Of a DNA stretch of 16,690 nucleotides, positions 1 through 6,756 are shown piece by piece. A program made the translations under genes and the position numbers. Numbering within the stretch: the first letter of the stretch is position 1; every line of letters begins with the position of its first letter. Source of the stretch: Oligoflexales bacterium (lineage in GTDB: Bacteria > Bdellovibrionota_B > Oligoflexia > Oligoflexales > Bog-1112); the NCBI GenBank assembly GCA_045105515.1, contig JBGCDR010000173.1, forward strand, positions 1-16,690, given 5' to 3'. Under the pieces are notes generated by a model, which saw only the letters and a program-made list of their open reading frames with translations, had not been told where the DNA came from and did not search any database.

Positions 1-53
1 GAGATTCTTATCGTAAATCATTCAATAATGTTGCTGATTCAATATTAAGCTGA
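1..53 (+). CDS. istB: 3' end of IstB-like ATP-binding helper protein (partial): (x)DSYRKSFNNVADSILS*
   Basis: Frame from nt 3 reads DSYRK...; nt 1-2 (GA) would complete a GGA Gly codon, giving the G-[DE]-S-Y-R motif that ends IstB proteins. Stop TGA at 51-53, just before an IS21-type end. Only 16 full sense codons are visible. Confidence 0.7.
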   Translation, partial: DSYRKSFNNVADSILS

Positions 54-88
54 TAGGAGATTTTTAAGGTCGTCGCCTATGGCTCCGT

Positions 89-133
89 GGTGGGTCAGTT
101 TTACATGACTGGGTGGGTCAAATTGGACATGAC
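89..133 (+). repeat. Two imperfect direct repeats GGTGGGTCAGTTTTACATGAC / GGTGGGTCAAATTGGACATGAC (IS21 transposase-binding boxes)
   Basis: Directly visible at 89-109 and 112-133. Confidence 0.85.
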
Positions 134-369
134 CGAGCAACCAGAGAGTTTTCACCTAGAAAGTGTGCATCCCGGAGTCACTAAAGTGATAATACTCAAA
201 ATCAATGACTCAGAATCATTTGTTTAAAACCTAAACAATGTGATGATAAATATGCTTTAGAACTCTAGAAAACCACTTGCGCTATATAAAATAATATGAA
301 AAAAGTTTTCAGCATCTGAGATGAACGGAAATATGTAATTGTCTATCTTTTACCCAGATTGGAGTACCC

Positions 370-876
370 ATGAAACTTGGAAAAATAATTTCAGCTGGTC
401 TTGTATCCTTGGCGATGACTACTGCTGCAATGGCCCAGAATTATCTTCAATTAACAATCATGAATGGTCACAACTTAAAAAAAATGGATAGCAAAGGCAG
501 TGATCCTTATGTTGAGTGGGAAGCTGGAGAACAAAAAGGAACGTCTCATGCGATCTGGATGAAAAAAGGCACAGCAGCTGAATGGAATTATATTGATGCT
601 ATTGAAATAGATAATAGTTTTGAAGAAATTGATTTTGAAGTTAAGGAAAAAGATGGAGGTATAAACATATTTAAGCTAGCTAATAAAGGGAAGACAAGAA
701 AATATGGCAGTGCAAAATTGCGCTTAAGTGATATTGAACCTGATACAGATATTAAAATCGAAATCAATGGAAAAAATTCGTTTGGAGACAATAATAAGCA
801 AGCCTATATTACGGTAAGGTTTACTGAAATTACCACAGATCAATTTATTAATATTCTTAAACAACGCAAGAGTTGA
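370..876 (+). CDS. Secreted single C2-domain protein, 168 aa
   Basis: GGAG RBS at 361-364. Signal peptide MKLGKIISAGLVSLAMTTAAMA. C2 consensus elements in order: LQLTIMNGHNLKKMD, SDPYV, EWN, IDFEVKEKD, YGSAKLRLSDI. Confidence 0.85.
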   Translation: MKLGKIISAGLVSLAMTTAAMAQNYLQLTIMNGHNLKKMDSKGSDPYVEWEAGEQKGTSHAIWMKKGTAAEWNYIDAIEIDNSFEEIDFEVKEKDGGINIFKLANKGKTRKYGSAKLRLSDIEPDTDIKIEINGKNSFGDNNKQAYITVRFTEITTDQFINILKQRKS

Positions 877-943
877 TTAAGTTACTTATTTTTTTATGTA
901 AATCGCTCATGATTTTTTCGACTCAGACACTTAATAGTGCATT

Positions 944-972
944 AAAGAGATCATTAGCTATCTCTTTTTTTT
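944..972 (+). terminator. Possible intrinsic terminator after the C2 gene
   Basis: AAAGAGAT (944-951) / ATCTCTTT (960-967) stem, 8-nt loop, T tract to 972. The stem is AT-rich and weak. Confidence 0.5.
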
Positions 973-1389
973 ATATATACTTCTTTAGGCAGTTAGTTAG
1001 AGAATCAAAAAAATTTTTCTAAGTTAAATCCTTTTAAATCTCTGATTATTAGCCCTTCCTTCTTACCAAGAATTTGTCCCACTTCCCTAAGTACTTAAAA
1101 TATATAAACATCTTGTATGTGGTAGATTGAAGCTCAACCCTATTGGAGGGATTGGAAAGTGTAATCTTTTAATATTACAAGATATTTGAGATTTTATGAA
1201 ATTGTGAACAGTAAAATGTCAATTCTACCCAAAAAGAACCGCCTCTGATTCTAACAATTCCGACAAGTATTGTGTATTTAGAAACAATTAACATTAACAT
1301 AGTCCAACCAATTTAAAGCCTTAGGCTAAATCGATCACAAGATTTTAAGAGAAGTGATTTTATTTGGGAATATAGGCGAGGAGTACAAA

Positions 1390-3645
1390 ATGAAAAATTC
1401 AAGAAATGTTATAGGTATTTGGGTGGTGATGATAATCACAGCCTGTGGATTTAGCAAACAAAAGGATGCTGTGAAATCTGATAATGCTAAAACTGCATCT
1501 CAAGAAGACGGGTTCGATTTAGCAGAAAGTACTTTTAAACCAATGGGTGATGGTACTACCCTGAATTCATCGACCAATAGTTTGGCTTGCTCTAACAATA
1601 GCGATGATGGAATCGAAAGTCGGAGCAGTTATAATCTTACTGGCAAGTCTGTAGAATTCAAAATTACAATTGATAGAAGTACTCCCGGTAATAAACAAGT
1701 TTTCAAAATTAAGAGTCCACAAAGTGCTCTTGAATTATATACCTTCGAATACGGTTCACTAGATCAATTGAAGGCTAAAGTTGGTTCTAGTATTGCTCAT
1801 AGAAATTATCCTGGTGATACTATGCATTTAAAAGTCGACTTCACGTCAACTACTGCATCAGTTAAATCATTTGAAGGTGGTCGTTGGATCAACTTTGCAA
1901 GTATGAGATTTTCTGGCTCAAACAGTGTTAAAATCCAATATCTATGTGGAAGCGGTTTAGGTTCAACTTTTAAAGATCTTAATGCAGCTGGTGTTCCACA
2001 AGATTTAGCGTTAAGTGGTGGAACTTCTGGTGGAACTTCTGGTGGAACTTCTGGTGGAACTTCTGGTGGAACTTCTGGTGGAACTTCTGGTGGAACTTCT
2101 GGAGGAACCTCTGGAGGAACCTCTGGAGGAACTTCTGGAGGTGGTTCTGGAGGCAGTTCTGGTGGATCTTCGAGTGATATGGTTCTTACGGGTAGCGGAA
2201 GCAATTTGTCTTCTAGTACTAATAGCTTAACCTGTCCTGCTAGCGGTGACAATTCAGGAGCCCAGGGTGCAAGTACTTTCAACTTTAACGGGAAGAATGT
2301 AGAAATAAATCTTAGTTATGCTGCCGGTGCAAACCACGCACAAAAAATTACTATCCAAGGTTTAGAAAACGTCGGAATACGGATTTTCAAGTGGGGTAGT
2401 ACCTATCAAGCAAAAGCTTTCAAAAATGATATTGACCTTGTACACACAAATCTAACAGGTGCTTCTAACACCTTTAAGATTTCTCACTCTAACGGGATTG
2501 TACGTTGGTACGCAAATGGTGTTGAGTATGGTAATACACTTTTTTCAGAAACCAGCGACATGAAGATAAAATTAGAATGTGGGACTACAAGTGGTACTTT
2601 TGCTAATCTTAATCTCAGTGGCTCAAACCAAAACTTAGATGTTGCTGGAGCTGGTTCTGGTGGAACTTCTGGAGGTGGTTCTGGTGGAACTTCTGGTGGA
2701 ACTTCTGGAGGTGGTTTTGGTGGAACTTCTGGAGGTGGTTCTGGTGGAAATTGGGTTGAAACCTTTGTTGATGAGTTTAACAGTGGTAGCACACCAATTA
2801 GACCTAGTACAAGCAATTGGAACCATGAGGTTAACTGCGATGGAGGTGGTAATCAGGAAGATCAGTGTTATGTGGATAACGCAGCGAATACCTATGTTTC
2901 AGAAGGAACTTTGAAAATTAAGGCAAAATATGCACCTGGATCCCCTAATGGAAAAAACTATACTTCTGGTAGGTTAACGACCGCAGGTAAGTTTGACCAA
3001 AAATACGGAAGATTCTGCGCAAGAATCAAGCTCCCAGCGGGTAAACGGGTATGGCCAGCATTTTGGATGTTGGCTCATAATAATAATTGGCCGTTTACTG
3101 GAGAGATCGATATTATGGAGGCAATTCACCCACCTTCAAATCCAAGTGTTAATACTGAAGTTCATGGTACCCTTCACTACGGTGCGCAATGGCCAGCAAA
3201 TGTGAATAAAGGAGCACATATTGATATACCTAATGCAAGTGCAAACTTTAATGACTACTGTGTTGAGTGGGAAGAAGGCGAAATCCGTTGGTTTATTAAC
3301 GATGACCATTATGCCACGCAAAAGAAATGGTATTACCAATATCCCGGTGCACCGGTTGTAGGTGGAACTCCAGCACCTTTTGACAATGAATTTTTTATAA
3401 TTTTGAATGTTGCTGTAGGTGGATCCTGGCCTGACAATGTTCCTTCAAATGAGCCATTAGTGACAACTTCAACAACTATGGAAGTTGATTGGGTGAAGGT
3501 TTATGAGTGTGCTAAAAACCCAAGTAACGGTAAAGGTTGCAGTACAACAGGAACTGCAAATATTATTGAAGGATGTGTCCATCCTAACGAGGCAAACATT
3601 CCAGATAAGCCAAATGCTAATAGATGTGTTGGATGGGGAATGTGA
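1390..3645 (+). CDS. Lipoprotein glycoside hydrolase family 16 (laminarinase/beta-1,3-glucanase type) with two N-terminal repeat domains, 751 aa
   Basis: ATG 1390 follows GAGGAG (1378-1383), so it is preferred over GTG 1354. Lipobox ITA-C. C-terminal GH16 domain (~2752-3520) has DEF, GGGNQE, YTSGRL, WPAFWML, catalytic EIDIME (3103-3120), GTLHYG, PFDNEFFIILNVAVGG and MEVDWVKVY. Confidence 0.93.
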   Translation: MKNSRNVIGIWVVMIITACGFSKQKDAVKSDNAKTASQEDGFDLAESTFKPMGDGTTLNSSTNSLACSNNSDDGIESRSSYNLTGKSVEFKITIDRSTPGNKQVFKIKSPQSALELYTFEYGSLDQLKAKVGSSIAHRNYPGDTMHLKVDFTSTTASVKSFEGGRWINFASMRFSGSNSVKIQYLCGSGLGSTFKDLNAAGVPQDLALSGGTSGGTSGGTSGGTSGGTSGGTSGGTSGGTSGGTSGGTSGGGSGGSSGGSSSDMVLTGSGSNLSSSTNSLTCPASGDNSGAQGASTFNFNGKNVEINLSYAAGANHAQKITIQGLENVGIRIFKWGSTYQAKAFKNDIDLVHTNLTGASNTFKISHSNGIVRWYANGVEYGNTLFSETSDMKIKLECGTTSGTFANLNLSGSNQNLDVAGAGSGGTSGGGSGGTSGGTSGGGFGGTSGGGSGGNWVETFVDEFNSGSTPIRPSTSNWNHEVNCDGGGNQEDQCYVDNAANTYVSEGTLKIKAKYAPGSPNGKNYTSGRLTTAGKFDQKYGRFCARIKLPAGKRVWPAFWMLAHNNNWPFTGEIDIMEAIHPPSNPSVNTEVHGTLHYGAQWPANVNKGAHIDIPNASANFNDYCVEWEEGEIRWFINDDHYATQKKWYYQYPGAPVVGGTPAPFDNEFFIILNVAVGGSWPDNVPSNEPLVTTSTTMEVDWVKVYECAKNPSNGKGCSTTGTANIIEGCVHPNEANIPDKPNANRCVGWGM
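2017..2172 (+). repeat. 12-bp tandem repeat (GGTGGAACTTCT x7 perfect, then 6 variants) encoding linker (GGTS)10-GGGS-GGSS-GGSS
   Basis: Perfect units at 2017-2100, degenerate units at 2101-2172. Confidence 0.97.
2647..2748 (+). repeat. Second 12-bp tandem array (about 8.5 units) encoding a GGTS/GGGS linker
   Basis: Mixed GGTGGAACTTCT and GGAGGTGGTTCT units, directly visible. Confidence 0.95.
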
Positions 3646-3674
3646 TAAGATCTAAATCTTAAGATTTTATGTTA

Positions 3675-3702
3675 GGAGGGTTGGATGACCCTCCATTTTT
3701 AT
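3675..3702 (+). terminator. Rho-independent terminator of the GH16 gene
   Basis: GGAGGGT (3675-3681) / ACCCTCC (3688-3694) stem with a 6-nt loop, followed by ATTTTTAT, 30 nt after the stop. Confidence 0.8.
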
Positions 3703-4026
3703 ACCCATTTTCTCGCTCGTTAGGGTCGACTAGTATTCTTTACTAACCTTATGCAGCAAATAGGAAACGTTATTTAGTTTTAGGGTGACTTGTTCAGAAG
3801 CTTCAAAAACTTTTGACAAAGCATAAAGCATAAAACTATCCCAAATCTGAAAAAAATTTTTAAGAATCTTTCGAAATCATTGACTGTTAAAGCTTACCTC
3901 TGATTTATGGCTCTTCACCCAAATTAAAAACTTATCCACAGATTTTCCAGATATATTCTCTTGGAAGGAAAGAGTAGGGAGGTTCCGGCAACTCAAATGA
4001 ATAAAAAAATAAGCTCGTTTGTATTG

Positions 4027-5802
4027 TCAGAATCCTAATAATTCTTCTAAAAAATCTTGAAATTCGCCATCAACGGGTCCCTCGTTTGTGCTCATTGGCA
4101 GAGGGATTTCGGACTCAAGCTCTTCTTCGAAGCTACCATCAGTTTTAAGTAGAATAACTTTATCAGAATCAGGAAATTTTAACCTAACTTCGTAAGGGGA
4201 TATTTCTTTGCTATAGAAATCAATGGATTCTAAATTAAAGGGCAAATTCCATCGCAAGATATCAGATTCTTTTACTCCAAGGTGAGATATATTTTCACCG
4301 ACTTGACCAAGGAGACCAATTGTTCTTGGATTGAGCTGGGATGAATCAGTGTCATCAGGCAATATTTTTACCCTAATATACTTAGCACTTATCTCATTGT
4401 TACTACTTGGACGTGTAGCTCGACCCAATCTCTGTACTAGGCGTCTTGGCTTTTTTATATATATTCCAAAGTCAATAATAACCTTTACTGAGTGTAGGTC
4501 AAAACCTTCATCCAATACTCCACATGATATCATTATATTAATATTGCTATTTTCTGATTTGAATGTATTCAGATTTTTATTTTTTTCATGGAATTTCATA
4601 TTCCCATGAACTGTTAAGCTACTCATCCCGATAGCATCAAAAATCTCCTTCAAATTGTCAGCATGATCTTGGGTATTGGTAAAAACCATTATTTTGTTAT
4701 TAGATGAATTATCATTTAAAAAAATATTTTTGGCTATTTGTGCAACAGTAGAAGAAATTCCCGAAGTTTGAGAAAGAAGGTTATCAAAAACCTCCAATTG
4801 CTCTTTTGTCAAATCTTTGCCATCTGTTTTTAGTGATTTTCGAAGAAAATCTAGATTTTGGTGATAAGAAAAATCTATATCCATGAATTGGACACCTGAA
4901 ATCGCTTGTATTTTAATAGATTCGTGTAACTTCAAAGAACTAACTATTTCTAAAGGTAAATTTTCATAATCTGAAAGACTAGCTGAAAATCCAATTACAT
5001 GTTTTTCCCTTGGCATTCTGCTGATAATATTATTAATCGTATTCCCATTTGTTTTATGAGCTTCATCAAAAATAATTAGGGTGTTAGGATTATATGGATG
5101 AAAATAATCATCTTCATTATCCCAATTTTTAGTAGCTTGATAATCTAAATCCTTCAATTTTTGCCACTTGCTTGTGAGGCTTTGTATTGTTGTAACAGTA
5201 ATTGGTCTGATAGTTTTTTTTCTTTGATACCATTCGCCCACCTCTTCTTTAAGTGAGGGAAGCTTTTTGGAATACTTTTCAAATTTTTCTACAGTTTGTT
5301 CAATTAGTGAAACGGTAGGTACGGCAACAATTATTCTGTAGGGAGTGTCTGTGTTCTGAACCATAGAAATAAGCTTTGAAAAAATAGCTGTTTTTCCTGT
5401 CCCGGTAGGCATTTCGATAGCTATCTTTTTCTTGTTGTTCTTAAAAGACTGAAGAATATCGACCAATGTTTTTTTTTGATAATCTCTGAGAAATAGATCT
5501 TGATCTTTAGAATATTCATCAAATAGTTGGTCTAGTCGGCGAGGAAGTTCATTGCCCGTAAGTTTGTTTGAAAAAGTTATGGGGCGGCTAATTTTTCTTT
5601 TCTTTGCTACAGGAATCTGGGGCTGTTGATCTTTTACCTTATCGCTAGTTGATAATATTGGGGTTTGCGGAAGTTTGTGTTTAATAGAACTTTCTTCAGA
5701 AGCTAAAGCGACAGAAGGGAAGACCATTAAAAGTAAGTGCATTGAGAATATGTATATTAGAATAAGTCTATTCTTCTGAAATTTGTTCAAAATCAACCTC
5801 AT
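4027..5802 (-). CDS. Superfamily 2 DEAH-box helicase/ATPase (ResIII/SSL2-like plus helicase C domain) with signal-peptide-like N-terminus, about 591 aa
   Basis: LRDYQ (Q motif), MPTGTGKT (5412-5389), VPTVSLIEQ, TTIQSL, DEAH (5067-5056), GFSAS, IMVF, LDEGFD, QRLGRATR (4434-4411). The start is uncertain: the ORF is open from ATG 5883, but ATG 5802 puts a signal peptide at the N-terminus. Confidence 0.9.
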   Translation of the reverse strand: MRLILNKFQKNRLILIYIFSMHLLLMVFPSVALASEESSIKHKLPQTPILSTSDKVKDQQPQIPVAKKRKISRPITFSNKLTGNELPRRLDQLFDEYSKDQDLFLRDYQKKTLVDILQSFKNNKKKIAIEMPTGTGKTAIFSKLISMVQNTDTPYRIIVAVPTVSLIEQTVEKFEKYSKKLPSLKEEVGEWYQRKKTIRPITVTTIQSLTSKWQKLKDLDYQATKNWDNEDDYFHPYNPNTLIIFDEAHKTNGNTINNIISRMPREKHVIGFSASLSDYENLPLEIVSSLKLHESIKIQAISGVQFMDIDFSYHQNLDFLRKSLKTDGKDLTKEQLEVFDNLLSQTSGISSTVAQIAKNIFLNDNSSNNKIMVFTNTQDHADNLKEIFDAIGMSSLTVHGNMKFHEKNKNLNTFKSENSNINIMISCGVLDEGFDLHSVKVIIDFGIYIKKPRRLVQRLGRATRPSSNNEISAKYIRVKILPDDTDSSQLNPRTIGLLGQVGENISHLGVKESDILRWNLPFNLESIDFYSKEISPYEVRLKFPDSDKVILLKTDGSFEEELESEIPLPMSTNEGPVDGEFQDFLEELLGF

Positions 5803-5991
5803 ATTGAATTGGAAATTAGATTTCGATGCATAGCTATTGAGAATGCGGTCTATTAAATGCCTCGAAATGTCGCAATATTCCATATTTGCTTAAGCAATTC
5901 AATATATTTTTGAATTTTTGTTTGCGGTGAGAATTTCGTCAAAAAAGCTGGAGTTTGAGGTAGTGATTAATTGGATAGCTGAGACTTGACG

Positions 5992-6390
5992 CTATTGACT
6001 ATTCTCAATTTTAGAACGATCTTGGCCATGTTTTTTGGACTTTTTTCTAAGAGTGGAAACTGGCGTATGACAAATGCCTGAATCTGAAACTTTTTTGAAG
6101 CTCTCATTGTTTGAAGGAAATTCATCAAAGATAGGAGATGAAGAAAAAACTGGATGACCATGTAGAATCAGATTTGTACGCACCGATGATTGAATCAACT
6201 CTCTCTTCTTTTTGAGATTATTTATTAATTGATCTGTTTTTTGTTTTTCTAGTCTTTTTGAATCTAGTGATTTAAAGAATATCCTAATGATTTGAGTTGG
6301 CACTCTATTGGCACCAGCATCAGCAAAAGAGACCATAGAAGACCCAAATAATATAGCTAACGAAGCGAAAATTAGAATACGACTATTCAA
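5992..6390 (-). CDS. Small basic secreted hypothetical protein, 132 aa
   Basis: TTG start preceded by AAAGGA at normal spacing. Signal peptide MNSRILIFASLAILFGSSMVSFA. No recognisable domain. Confidence 0.7.
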   Translation of the reverse strand: MNSRILIFASLAILFGSSMVSFADAGANRVPTQIIRIFFKSLDSKRLEKQKTDQLINNLKKKRELIQSSVRTNLILHGHPVFSSSPIFDEFPSNNESFKKVSDSGICHTPVSTLRKKSKKHGQDRSKIENSQ

Positions 6391-6711
6391 GATTATTTCC
6401 TTTCAAAACTACTCAATTTGTTTCTAGGGGATTATAAGGGATATATATAAAAAAACAATAAGATAAATGTAGATACCTTAAATTCCAGAAAAAATAGTTT
6501 CTTTCTTCTTAGTTTTTGGTTTAAGATAAAGAATTATCCCTCATATGACAGTCCAAGTGTGAAGCAGTTTAGTACCTATAAAAAATAAATTTATAAAAAC
6601 AGGTGATTGTGGAATTTTATTGTAAAAACATGCTTATTATTTATACTCGCCCGTCTTTACACTGATTACTACAAAAATCGCATAATATGGATCAAAAATT
6701 CATTGTTTATT

Positions 6712-6741
6712 ATTAACCTTACTTTCATTAACCTTATTTTC
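6712..6741 (+). repeat. 15-bp tandem direct repeat ATTAACCTTACTTTC / ATTAACCTTATTTTC
   Basis: Copies at 6712-6726 and 6727-6741 with one mismatch, ending 15 nt before ATG 6757. Confidence 0.75.
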
Positions 6742-6756
6742 GATAGCAGGCTTAGT

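Larger units (their letters stand above)
1..143 (+). mobile_element. Right end of an IS21-family insertion sequence (partial, runs off window start)
   Basis: IstB-like C-terminus (1-53) followed by two copies of GGTGGGTCA-N5/6-ACATGAC (89-109, 112-133) and a terminal CA at 142-143 (138-139 is an alternative end). Reiterated GGGTCA-type transposase boxes and TG...CA ends are typical of IS21 termini. Confidence 0.8.

Noticed and set aside
2017..2748. CRISPR array
   Set aside because: Contiguous 12-bp units with no spacers, in frame within a gene, and no cas genes.
1806..2914. ORFs with (PPEV)n or (VELL)n repeats (1806-2282 -, 2015-2230 +, 2484-2816 -, 2635-2826 -, 2639-2914 +)
   Set aside because: Alternative-frame shadows of the stop-free 12-bp repeats inside the GH16 gene.
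3932..3940. Replication origin
   Set aside because: Only one perfect DnaA box and no dnaA or rep gene nearby; a single 9-mer in 16.7 kb is compatible with chance.
4027..5883. Type I/III restriction-modification or other defence system
   Set aside because: The helicase is ResIII-like, but I see no nuclease motif and no neighbouring methyltransferase or specificity gene.
6607..6756. TTG start at 6607 for the GTPase (and similarly GTG 1354 for GH16)
   Set aside because: The extension looks like AT-rich intergenic sequence and would bury the signal peptide; downstream ATGs fit better. The RBS at 6757 is weak, so some doubt remains.
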